The position numbers were made by a program, and so were the translations under genes. This document shows positions 1-12,048 of a DNA stretch of 63,685 nucleotides, piece after piece. Source of the DNA: Paraspadella gotoi (Eukaryota > Animalia > Chaetognatha); the NCBI GenBank assembly GCA_051294375.1, contig CM119266.1:7438028-7501712 (forward strand), written 5' to 3'. The notes beneath the pieces are model-generated. The model saw only the letters and a list, made by a program, of their open reading frames with translations. It ran no database searches and was not told where the DNA came from. Within the stretch, counting starts at the first letter, position 1, and the number at the start of each line of letters is the position of its first letter.

Positions 1-3000
1 TGGAGACCAGCATGCAATCCCACATGGTCTCGATCCACTCGCCGCATAGAACGCGGAAGACCACCATGATGGAATGGGCAAAGTCGATAAAGTTCCAACG
101 AGGAATCTCGCAATCGTCGAACTTCTGCACCTGCTTCAGGTTGACGTAGTTCATGCCAAAGAGCATCGTGCCCATCACCGAGAAGATGAAGACGATGATG
201 GCCAGCACCACCGTCAAATTTCCCAGAGCGCCCAGAGTGTGGGCCATGATGTTTATCAGCATGTTGAGGGTGGGCCAGGATTTGGCCAGCTTCATGATGC
301 GCAGGAGGCGGAAGGATCGGAGGAAGGCGAGACCGTTGACGTCGTAATCCTCGAGGATCGGTTCCAAGCAGAGCTCGGCCACCGAGATGGAAGCGATGAG
401 AAAGTCAAAGCGGTTCCACTTTTCCACGAAGTAGTATTTTGGACTCAACGCGGTCATTTTCAACAGGGCCTCTGCCGCAAATATTATGGTGAAGACGGCG
501 TTGGCGGTTTCCAGCATGTTTTCGTGGTCTTTGTTGATGTTGTCAGAGTCGAGAGCCATGCAGATGGTGTTGAGCAGAATGCAAATGGTGATGAACAGAT
601 CCACGAAAGGATCCATGATGAAAAGCTCGACTTTCTCTTGAAAATTGGTCCAGGGTTTGCAGCAATCCCAGACGCAAAAAAAGTCCACGAGGCAGTTGAA
701 TCGACTGATCCAAGCATCCCGCTCCAACTTGCGGCGGGCGATTTCTCTGACTCTCATGATGTCGGCATCTCTGGGCGTGGAAAGGTTGACTTGTCGCAGC
801 CTTCTCTGCCCCTTTGCATCATCAACGCGTTGATGAGATGGCTTCGCGACATCAGAGTCTTTACGATTGCTTCGCTTCGATCTGACGCTGGTGCCACGGC
901 TGCCGATGGCTCTTACGACAATCCTCTGGTTGTCCTCCGTTATCGCTACGCTCTTTTCCCTCGTCGAGTAGGTGGCGTTGTTGTTGTCTCTGTCGTCGAC
1001 TCTCTCCAGTTTGGAATCCACTTCCAAACGGTTCAAATCGTCTGCCCTCGGAGGTTTATAATTGGAGGAGGAGGAAGAATCTTCAGCGCTTTCATCCACT
1101 GGTTCATTGTCCCTCATGGAAGATCTCGATATTGAGGACACAAAGTCGTCAAGATTCAGAGCCCTGTCTCTCCTCCGCTTTCCCTTAAGGTCAGAGTAGA
1201 GCTCTCCCAACTTTCGCTCCTCCTCTTCGGCCATTAGCTCCTGTACGCGGCGGTATTCCTGCTGCTGATTGTCGTAGGCCATGGCCACAATGGCCAGCGT
1301 CAGGTTGATGATGTAGAAAGACAAGAAAAATATGGCAAATACGAAGTAGACGACCATCCATTGCTCGCTGGTTCTCAAGACAATTTGATAAAGATTTTCC
1401 CAGTAATCCTGGGTCATGAGCCGAAACGACGAGAGCATTGCCCAACCGATGTGATCAAAGTTGGTGTACCCGTAATTGGGATTCTCGGCTATCTTGTCCA
1501 TGCAAGTATAGCCCGGGAATTCTTTGGGACAGGTATCACCTCCGTCCGAAAGTTTACGACAGAAGCTTTTGGCTCCCTCCATTACTCGAGTAACGTTGAT
1601 GTTCCCAACCGTCTCATTCATGGCGCACCGTTGGCGAAAGTGGCCCATGATAAGTTGCAATCCCATCAAGGCGAATATGAGGAGCGAGAAAAGCGCCAAG
1701 ATTATGACGTCCTTGAGGTTGATGACGGATTGGATGAGCGCCGCCGCGATGATGCGAAGACCGGAGACTAGGGAGATCGTCTTCAAAGCGCGGAAGACTC
1801 GAAACGTCCGCAGAAACGACGGCGTCTTCTTCACGAGGCCCCCGGTCAACTTGGCCAGCAAGTTGCGTTCGCTGATGGACTCGGCGATGAGGAAGTAAGC
1901 GGAGAGGATGACGATGAAGTCCAACCAGTTCCAAGGATCGCGAAGATAAGCGAATCTGTGGAAGAAGAAGCCTCGAGCCAATATTTTGACGAGGAATTCT
2001 ATGGTGTAGACGAAGGTGAAGACGTATTCGGAGTATTTCAACGCCGCCTTCAGCCAGAGAACCTCGTCGATGTGATATTTGATTGTCACGTTGGGATGGG
2101 GACGCGGGAACTCGTCGTCCGTCGAATTGTCGCCGATTTGCAGATAGAGACCATCGGCCTTTTGCGTCATGCCGACGCAATTGAAGAGGATCGTGAAGAA
2201 GACGATCAAGTTGAAGACGGGATTGACCAATAGGAAGACGGCGATTCGGCGAATCAGATTCAAGGGACTTAACAGACCCAAGGCTTTGGTTCGGCTGAAG
2301 CGAAAGATCTCAAAGTTGCGGTTGACGACGACGAAGGTGTCGTCGTAAAAGTCGTCGAACTCCATCAGCGGTTTCCCCATCAGGTTTTCGTGGAGGTACT
2401 CGGTCTTGGGGTACATGAGGTGTTCTCCCTGGCGGAGTTTCGGGTGCGGGGCGGCGGCGTGGTCCGGGCGGAAGACTTCGTCGTCCCCGGTCGATGGGCG
2501 TGGCTGAGAACGAGTTTTGAAGAGGCGATGGCATCCTCGTTTGAACGTCTCCAAAATTGGAACTTTGGGCGTTGAATCTTCCAACTTTTTGAGACGCTCC
2601 CTTAAATATAATAGGGTACATAATTAGAGAGAAAGAGAGAGAGAGATAGATAGATTTTTTGAAAACATAGTAATTTAATAAATTCAGAACTTGAAATTCA
2701 CGAAAATTTTTTCTTCCCTCCCTGAAATATAGTAATTCTGTGTCACAAATTATTTATTATCAAAACAAGTGATGCTAATTCATTCATTCATTCATTCATT
2801 CATTTATTCATTCATTCATTCGCGTCGTTTCGTAAAATTTCTGGGTAAATAAATCAAATTTTTCGTATTTACTTTGTAGGCTATTGTATCACTCACTAAA
2901 TAAGTTCTACAATCCTAACTGAACTAAACAACTATATCCTCAACATATTATTAGATCAAAATGAAGATAATTTTTTTTTAAATTTAAACAAAACAATTAA

Positions 3001-4548
3001 CTAAACTAAATTAAATCTCACCTGGTAAGCGGCAAAAACTCAATATCTTTTTCCTTGATTGCCGTGGCGTCGGATCGAAGGGACGTCGCCCCCGAATAGA
3101 CGCTGTTCGCTCTTCTCTTCGTGATGGAGAAGCGAACCTCGGGCAACGTCGTCGGCGAACCCTGGCTGGAGTCGCCGCCGGGGGAGCGACAGTCGCGGAT
3201 GCTGGAGTCGCCGCCGGGGGAGCGAGAGCTGCGGATGCTGCGTCTGGACGAGCGGATCGAGGATCGAGCCTTCGGACGGTCCGCGAGATCGAGCCTTTTT
3301 TTTGGGGAGGGGAAAGGGTTAATGTTTAACATACGTTTAATTAACATATTTTGATTTATAAACAATCAATTTTATAAAATGCTTCATTTTAAAATAAATC
3401 ACTTCCGAATTTAACACATTAAAACAGTTTTTTAAACAATAAGAATAATCATAAATCAAGCTTCGTATCGGGTTCACCCACCAAATTATTTCTTCTCTTA
3501 TCAATCGTGACCCTATTGTCTGTTTGAGTAAAATGACCTCAACTAATACGGTGTATGACAAAAGATCAATACCCTTTTTTAAAAAAGTTTGAATATTCGT
3601 TACATTATTAATATATAAATACATTCATTTTGGGTATATTGTTTGCACTTTTGCAGTTAAATTATTAAATTAATTTTGACGCCACCTCAGATTTTCTTCG
3701 TCCATTTCATCCGGCGTCACTCCGGCCCTCTCCCGGCGCCGAGAACGCCTGAGGGATGACGACATCGGGCGCAGTCCCGACGATGAATTCGCCGTCTCCA
3801 CAGTTCGATCCTCGGGGACAGGCTGCAGCGGAATTTCCGCCGCGTCGCCGCGACGGGATCGTCGCAAGGAAGACTTGGCCAGTCGCGGCGGCAGCGGCGA
3901 CGTTTCGATCGATTTGCCGTCGGGTCTTCGATTTCGCAGCGAAGACGATAAAGATCGCGAGGGCGGTGGCGGTTTGTCCGACTTCGCTCCCGCTCCTCGC
4001 TTCAAAGACGACTTCAAAGTTCGCGGTCGAGTCGGCGGCGGCGAAATCGGCGACGACGAACTAGAGGACGAATTCGCCGCTCGAGGTTCGTCGTTGGGTC
4101 GTCGTCGTTGTTGTCGTATTTCGTCGTCGCGCCACTGGGTGGAAGACGTGAGAGGAAGTGGAGATGGGTCGAGAGAAGGGGAGAGAGAGGGAGAAGGAGG
4201 AGAGAGAGGGAGTGAACGAGGAGGACTCTCCCTCGTCCGTTTCATTCGTGGCAGATTTAAGGAGGAAGACAATGATTGATCGATCGATTGATCCTCACGA
4301 TCGTCCTTCTCTCTTTCGCCCCGTGAATCACCGCCCCATGAATTTCTCGGAAATGCGGCGTCGCCCAAAGTCGCGGGCGCCGGGTGGCGCCCTCCGTCGC
4401 CGGCCCATGAATGTCTGGGATTCTCGTCGAACGGATTTGTTGAGGTAGATTTTTGAGATTTGAAATCGTGAGGTTTTGAAGTCGATGTTGCGATGTCGAG
4501 ATTTAAATTAACATTTCGTGATTCTTGTTTCGCGTTGATCGATTCCAT
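1..4548 (-). CDS. Nav1: Voltage-gated sodium channel alpha subunit, Nav1 (para/SCN-like), 5' part: N-terminus, domain I and domain II to the pore loop; continues off the window. Exons 4548-3686, 3294-3022, 2600-<1
   Basis: Spliced translation gives EFLPLTR|ERLKKLE, then GKPLMEFDDFYDDTFVVVN...IFRFS, DI S4 LRTFRVFRALKTIS, DI pore FRLMTQDYWENLYQ, DII S4 LRSFRLLRIMKLAKSWPTL and DII pore FRVLCGEWIETMWDCM. The MTQDYW and WIETMW pore contexts are Nav1-type rather than Nav2-type. Both introns are GT-AG, phase 2. The first exon (donor gtggcg) is less certain than the channel core. Confidence 0.95.
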
Positions 4549-5051
4549 TTTTTTGATGTCTTCTGTCGCAGTTTTATTTAGGTTTAACAAAGAAGTGCCT
4601 TTTTTTATTATGTATGTTTACTTTTTATCTTAGGAGTCAATATGTTACCAGATTTAGCGTGAATTTTATTTGGGTTATTTGTTCAATGTTTTGGTTTTAC
4701 TTTTTTAAATTATGTACAATATATATATATATATCTGTTTAGTTTTTATGATTAAGGATTTATTGAAAATAGAGAGAAAAAAAAGGATTCAGGAGAAAGA
4801 AAATTCAAACCTGCCAAAATTAAAAATTACATAGTAAAATAATAAAATAGCAATAAAAAATGAAAAATTAGTCCTTCAAATATAATTTCATGTACATTTA
4901 TGTCATTTTGATGTATATTTTCATGAATCATAATTAACAGTTTATTTTTATTGAAATTCGCAATTTTTTTCTTCTCTTTCTTTTCACTTTGTTTAAACGC
5001 AGATTTTCTTAAATTTCAAAAGGTTTTTCGAATTATTCTCAATAATTGCCT

Positions 5052-5052
<1 letters not shown>

Positions 5053-5102
<50 letters not shown>
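5053..5102. repeat. (TC/AG)n microsatellite, one of many (also ~6775-6871, 8771-8852, 9668-9738, 9836-9918, 21790-21822, 26931-27050, 28190-28267, 55486-55575, 56450-56525, 58220-58540, 59587-59650)
   Basis: Dinucleotide runs read directly. Confidence 0.97.
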
Positions 5103-5105
<3 letters not shown>

Positions 5106-5949
5106 AAAGTGATTGAGTCCAACTTCCAAGATAAAAAAGGTACTCTTGTTTTTGGCGCCAGAGTTTTTTTTTTTGTTCGTCCTTTGTTCATTTGTCCACA
5201 AATTTGTCGAGTTTTGTTTGTTTATCCGAAAGTCGGCGCAATGTTTACACGTTGGTGAATGAGGGGCGTTTGGAAGAATAAACGAGTTAGTTTATATATG
5301 TAACATTTTTTTAAAAATCGTCATTTTCAGAGTTGATTGGTGGTGTTACTTTTATTTTTATTTTCACATGAAATTTTAAACAGATTAAATTCGAGGGGGA
5401 AAATAATTTCCCGCAAAATTAAAGCGGAAAATGAGGAATTAAACTTTTTTCACTTGTGAGATTTCACCGCAACGAGGACAACAAGAAATTCCCGAAGCTT
5501 AAACTGTGAAGAACAAAACTTTTTAATGATTTTTTTTAAAGAAGCTTAAAAGATGATACGATATTTATCTTCAACCGTTCAACATTGTTTTTGTAAAAAA
5601 ATCAGTTCTTCCCAATTTTTTTTGTCTTTTTTCGTTTTAAATTTGACAATTGTTTTTTTCTTTTCGTTTAGAAGTTTTTGTCGATTTTTAAAATTTTCGT
5701 TCATTTATTTATTTTCTCCTTTTTTTCCTTTTTTTTTCACGACATCTCAGTGGAATCCGTTTCGGTTTAACAACAATTTTTTAGGGAGAGGTCGTTTTGT
5801 TTTCCTTCGTTGCGTTTTTTTTTCGTTTCGAGTCTCTGTTTTTTTTTTCTCTCTTTCTCTGTTTCGTTTTCTTTTTCGACTCAAAAAAACCAACGTGAAG
5901 TTTTTATTTTCGGGAGAAAAAAAAGATGGCGGATTCATCGATCGAGTGA

Positions 5950-6527
5950 CGCGGGGGGAGGAGGAAGAGGGGGAGGAGGAGGAGAGGGAGAAGGAAAGGA
6001 AAGAGAATTAGAGGGAGAGAAAAGATTAAGGGGAAGGAGAAAAGAAAAGAAGAGAGGGAGGAGGAAAGGAAAAAGAATAAGAGGGAGAGGAAAGATTGAG
6101 GGGAAGGAGAAAAGAAAAAGGAGGAGGGAGAAGGAAACAGGAAAGAATAAGAGGGAAGAAAAAGCATTAAGGGGAAGGGAACAAGCAAGAGAAGCAGGGA
6201 GAAGCAGGAAAGGAAACATAAGAGGGAAGAGGAAAGATTGAGGGGAAGGAGAAAAGAAAGAGGGAGAAAGGAAAGGAAAGAGAATAAGAGGAGAGGGAAA
6301 GATTGAGGGAAGGAGAAAAGAAAAGAAGGAGGAGGAAAGGAAAGAGAATAAGAGGGAGAGGGAGGGAGAGAGAAAGGAGAGGAAGAGAAGGAGAAAGAAA
6401 GAGGGAGGAAGGAAGAAGGAGTGGGAGGAAGAGAGGGAGGAGAAGAAGAAGGAAAGGAGGGATCGAGGGGAAGGAGGAAAGAGAAGAGGAGAGGGAAGAA
6501 GCGAGGAAGGAGGAGGAAAAAAGAATA
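5950..6527. repeat. Polypurine/polypyrimidine low-complexity tract with degenerate ~50-60 nt units
   Basis: Almost pure A/G on the plus strand, with recurring gaaagattgaggggaaggagaaaagaaaa and aagaataagaggga blocks. Confidence 0.85.
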
Positions 6528-6772
6528 GGTACGTATTTGGCGAGGAAGGGCAAGAGGACGCATAAACAATGGCAGGAAAAGGTAAAGGGGAAAAGTTGCC
6601 GATTTGGCGTCCCGGTTTATATTCGCCGGTCGTCGTCGTCATCGTCGTCGTTGTCATCGTCAATGTCGTCAACGCCAGCGGTGATCTCTGTCTCTATCTC
6701 TTCCGTCTCCATCTCTATCGTTTCTCCCACTCTCCTCTCTCATATCCCTTTTCGTCCACGTTTCGCCCGCAC

Positions 6773-6832
<60 letters not shown>

Positions 6833-6836
6833 GAAG

Positions 6837-6874
<38 letters not shown>

Positions 6875-8423
6875 CTGTTTGAAAGGTGATCCCCCGGCAA
6901 TTCAGGCCATCGCAGGAGCGAATATAGGAGTCGGTCTGACGGTCAATGGAGCAAAGCGGATTACGAAGGAGCCAATCGAATGGTGAGTGGAGAAAAGTTT
7001 TGGAGTTCACAATTGGTGAGAGAGTTCACGTGATGTCGAGAAGTTGATTCCTTTTGTATTATTTTTATTTTTTTATGTTAATTTTTGTAATTTGTCGTGA
7101 TTTGCGTAGTTTGTTTAGTTTTTAATTTTGGCAATGAAGGGGTGCCAACTATGTGAAAAATTTTAAAGCTGATTTTTGGTTTGGGTTTATTTGCCGCACC
7201 CGACTAGATTATACCAAAACAATTTATTCTTCATTTAATTACTTTTATGAAAGTAATTAACCATAGAATGAATAGACATGAACCGGGATGTTTTTAAAAT
7301 ATAGACTCGTTTTAGAACAACGTAAAAGGGAAGTGATAAATTGAAGATGGAGATAAGTTCATCAAGATGTTTCATCAAGATATTCCGCTTTAGATGACAT
7401 TATCGAGTCAACGTAAAAATTAAAAAAAATCAACGTTTTGTTTGATGAGTGAAGGCTGAAGCAACGATTAAAGTATTGATTTAAAATATCATTGATATAC
7501 TAATAATCATTAATAGTCAAATAGACTAATAATCGCCATTGCTATATCTGTATTAAATATGAAATATGTTTATTAAGCGTAGCCAGGAACGTATTTTGAG
7601 CCTCGAGATGTTAGAAATTTACAATCAAGTTTCGTCAGATTTACACAATTAAGTCAACCATGGGTTGTACAGATGTTGGTATATATTTAATCTGCGCTCA
7701 GATTGAGCCCGTGTTAGCTTAAAGCTGTAGTTTAGTTGCGACTATGTTTATTTTAACTTACAATCAAGTTAAGTATGTGCTAGTTTTAAATTACAATAAA
7801 ATTAAACCGCTTTTATATATATTAAGTTTAGCCTTTAAATATGATTTCGGATATGAAGGATTTTAAGTCACTTTTTCTCTTTTCTCTTTTCTTTTTTGTT
7901 TTTTTCTCTTTATTTGTTTTGTTTTTCAGGAAAACGCTTTTAAGCCCAAAACAGAACCTGTGTTGGAGAAAAGTTGTTTGTTCTTGAAATGTTAATGTTA
8001 ATGTTAATGAAACTAACACGTAAATCTCACGATCAGAGACAATCTGACCAGCGTTTAAAATTACTTAGACAAAATGGCGGATACTGCAAGGGACAGACTT
8101 TTTTTTTTTAAACAGAAAAGGGGAAGAATTATGTTATCGAATGTAATGTATACAATTACACAAAATAAGTAAGATAAGACGGAATACGATGAAGACGTCA
8201 AAAGACAATAACGAGGATTACAAAAGACGATGACATCGACGACGACGACTATCACGACGATGACGACGACGACGACAACTTTTATCTTTTTTTTGTCACA
8301 GGATGACATCGATTTATGAAGAGGCACGCGTCGTCGTCGTCGTGATCGTCGTCGTCGTCGTCGTCGTCAACGTTTGGCCACAAATCGATGAAGATTGGCG
8401 CCCGATATTCGTTCAGGTTAACC

Positions 8424-8424
8424 G

Positions 8425-8485
<61 letters not shown>
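8424..8485. repeat. (GTC/GAC)n trinucleotide microsatellite, the dominant triplet repeat (also ~28698-28740, 39282-39334, 52117-52172)
   Basis: Read directly. Confidence 0.95.
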
Positions 8486-8486
<1 letters not shown>

Positions 8487-8768
8487 TTTCGTCGAATTTG
8501 CTGTTTTGTTTGTCGTCGTTGTCGTTCGTGCTTTTCTTGCGACCGTCTTTTGTCTAAAATTTATAAAGATGGCGCAGAGGAGTTTCAACGCTTTTCGCCG
8601 AGTATTAATTTAAAGTTATGCTTCACTATTGACTCATCAATTAACAATTTTTCATGATAAATCCTTTTTCCTTCGTGAAATTGTTATTTTTTCCCCGAAT
8701 AAAATTCGTTATTGTGACGAATATTTATCAAAAACGTTTTCACCACAAAAGAGCTAAAAGCTGACCAG

Positions 8769-8857
<89 letters not shown>

Positions 8858-8986
8858 CACAAGTTTTGTCAAGTTGCAAAATAAATCGAGAACGAATCCA
8901 TTTGAGGTGAATTTTTTACATTATATAACCTGTAGTCGAGAATTGCATAAGTTCTACTCGTCTATAAGCATGAAACCTTCAGACAT

Positions 8987-9116
8987 GTCCCGGTGGCTCA
9001 TTGGGTAATACAAAGCTGAAGACCATAAGGTACCGGGAAGCTTGAGGAAGGCCGTAAACATTTTGAGGTACCTTGAAAAACCCCCGATTCCTGGTTCCGA
9101 GCCCGAGACCCGTTCA
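8987..9116 (+). pseudogene. Degenerate tRNA-Phe(GAA)-derived sequence (tRNA pseudogene or SINE head) with a ~50-nt insertion
   Basis: A-box-like TGGCTCATTGG, anticodon loop CTGAAGA followed by ccataAGGTaCCgGG (tRNA-Phe variable-loop-like), and a B-box-like CCTGGTTCCGAGCCC ~50 nt further downstream. No intact cloverleaf. Confidence 0.4.
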
Positions 9117-9663
9117 TTTGCTGCTCAGGGGGCACAGGAGATACAGACTTGACGCATTATACTATAAAAGATTAATTATTCAAAAATAATTTAAAGTCGA
9201 ACGTCTTAAATCTCTTCCACAGTCTAAAATATTATAACATCGTATTCACACTAATGCATCTCGATTTTTAAAAACAATTCATTTTCCGTTCGACTCAAAA
9301 TTGTGTCGCGTCGACTCGACCCAGGTTCTGTCGCCGTTGATGTTTTGGGTGATGAATTTCCTGTTCAACGAGAAAAGAATAAACAAAACTAAAAAAAAAC
9401 AGAAAGAAATCAGAAAAGCAAAATAACAAAATATAATAATAAACAGAATAAAATATAAAATTAAAAAAAACAACAAAAAAACAGGAGTGACAAGTCACTT
9501 GACAAAACTGGAGAGACAAGTCACTTACGGCGCTTGACCCCAGAAAATATGACACAATTCACCACAATTCATCCGAAATTCGATATCCACAGACCACTGC
9601 CCACCTCTACCCACCATCTGCTTTTTGACTGTCTCAAGTTAAAATAAAGATTGAATGTTTATT

Positions 9664-9742
<79 letters not shown>

Positions 9743-9836
9743 TCTCTATAAATATGCCACTGCCAGGTCCGATAAAATAAAATTCAAATTCAGATAATTC
9801 AAAAAGCTCTCTTTCTTTTTCGTATTTCTAACTCAT

Positions 9837-9922
<86 letters not shown>

Positions 9923-10307
9923 TTCTCCCTCTCTCTCTTTCTTTTTTTTTCTATCCAATATTCCGAAATACTTTGTCGCACCTCTCAGCTTTACTTTCCC
10001 CGGCTCTTTTCTTTCCTCTCCTCCCTTCTCCTTCCTCCTTCTCTATCTTCCTCCCTCCCCCTCTTCCTCCTCCCTTCCTCCTCCTCATCCTTCTTCTCCC
10101 CTCCCCCTCTTCCTCTTCCGAGGAAAATGCTTCCGTCATCTCATCGACACTGAAATCAAATTTGTTTTTTCAGTCGACATCAATAGAGATTGAGAGAGAG
10201 AGGGGGAGAGAGAGAGAGGGGGAGAGAGAGAGAGAGAGAGAGAAAGAAAAAGGAAAAAAGAAAGATCCTATAGTTTAGTCCTAGTTTATCGTTATGTTTT
10301 CTTCGAC

Positions 10308-10545
10308 ACTGTTTCTCGAGAGCGCCCCGTTTTGTTTCCTAATCTTTAAATTTAATTTTAATTTTAATAGATAGCTTTTAAAAGTTTAATCCAATCCCAA
10401 ACTATTATCCCTAACCCTAACATAATCTTTAACTCTAATCCCTAACCTATGCCCTATCGTTAACCCTTAATCTAATTATTAAATCTATCAAAAACAAACT
10501 TAATTCTGAATTTAAATTTTAGAAAAAGTTTGAAATATATTTTTA
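10308..10545 (-). mobile_element. Non-autonomous element with an internal degenerate telomere-like (CCCTAA) array (family copy 1)
   Basis: End motifs ctcgagagcgccccgttt and ttaattctgaatttaa match the copies at 12848, 29080, 30657 and 63000; internal ccctaaccctaac. Confidence 0.6.
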
Positions 10546-10693
10546 ACAAAGATTTTTATTTTTCATTAAAAAATGGACATGTTTCGGCCTTTACCAGCGT
10601 TAAGAGTTAAAACAATATGTCCGTTTTTTAATGAAAAATAAAAATCGTAGTTGAAAACACTTTTCAAACTTTTTTTAAATCTCAACCACAATG

Positions 10694-10959
10694 AACAAGG
10701 AACGGTTATTCCAAGGTGTTGCGCCGCATTACTTTTCTTTTTACTTATCATTAAAAACAAAAGGCGGCGTCGGTAGTCGCTTAGAAATTATTTTCAACAA
10801 ATAAGCAACAATCTATAGGCATGTTATAAGCGTTTTTAACTTAAGTGGGACAGACCGACGGACAGGCATACCGACGGACCAACCGATGGACCAACCGACG
10901 GACCGACCAAAAAGTGAGTTATAGAGTAGCTCCGCGAGTACTCGCGGCGCAACTAAAAA
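10694..10959 (-). mobile_element. DINE-1/HINE-like (Helentron-associated) non-autonomous element, copy 1
   Basis: Reverse complement of 60884-61230. Subterminal inverted repeat GTTGCGCCG/CGGCGCAAC, palindrome CCGCGAGTACTCGCGG, (CGGT/GTCG)n microsatellite, 3' hairpin GGAA..TTCC, T-rich flanks. Confidence 0.75.
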
Positions 10960-12048
10960 GAAAGGAATATATCCCAATGAATTTAAGTTTAAAATGAAGC
11001 TCTTTCGGAAAATAGGACCCACGTACGAACGTTTAATACGACTCTATTCTCACGCGATTCCTTCCTCATTGTAGCGACAAATTGTCATGACTCGTTGGAT
11101 AAAAAAAATCCTAGTTATCAGCACTGTCCATTGATATCTGCATTGGGCTAACGCTTCATTTCCAAACTCTTTGGTCCCTTATTCTAACCCTGGTATCTAA
11201 AAAGTTTCAAGCTGATGGAAAAAAATGTCCCATGCCGACTGGGCGTATTAAGTGTGGGCACCCTCAGAGGGGCTCACCTCTCTCTCATTATGCCACCCCA
11301 TGCAAAGTAGAGAAAGGAGATCCTTGATTATGTAAGAAAGTAAAATTTCCGACCGAATTCTTTAAAAATTCCGATTCTCGCAAAGAAATGATTTTGTTCC
11401 CTCCGTTCAAACTCATAATATTGCCAGAACTTTCTCTTTACCTTTATGAATGTAAGATTTATTTCGAAATAAAAGATGGCGCTCGACATCATTTCATCGC
11501 ATATCGATGGTTTTTTCAGGAACATTATAATTATACTTACTTTTATAAAATAGTTTTTCAAAATAATTTATTGCATATAGAAAATTTAATTTATCAAAGA
11601 AATTGGGATGGCATAAATTTTTTAACGCTTTACATCGTCACTTTTCCTATGATAATTATTTTATTAAATTTTTGATTATAAATGGCAAGCAGTCTCTCTC
11701 GGTGGTAAATAGTTTTGAAAATTATCAATAAAAGAATCAAATAATGTTTAATAAAGCTTCTAAAAATGAAAAATGATTTTTTTCCTGTATGTCTTGATAC
11801 TATAATTTTTTTTGTTAAAAATATATGTAATAAACTGTTCTTTTTTGGTAAAATTTTGTTCTGTTATTTTTCTACAAAAAAAGCACAAAAATTATAGATT
11901 GGTATCTCAAGCAATGAAAAAAAAGGGATTCAAAAAAATTTCATTCTTGCTGAAAATGTATTTAACCACATAGCATCATAAAAAATTCACAATGATATTT
12001 TTTCACATTTTAAAATAAAGGTTTACAAATATATTTCGGAACTGGTCT

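Noticed and set aside
74-2233. Long plus-strand ORFs (74-1135, 1361-1771, 1958-2233)
   Set aside because: Antisense shadows of the codon-biased Nav exon; no recognisable domains.
5553-6986. Overlapping 130-245 aa ORFs rich in R/E/K/G or F/L/S/P
   Set aside because: Produced by stop-free polypurine and (AG)n tracts.
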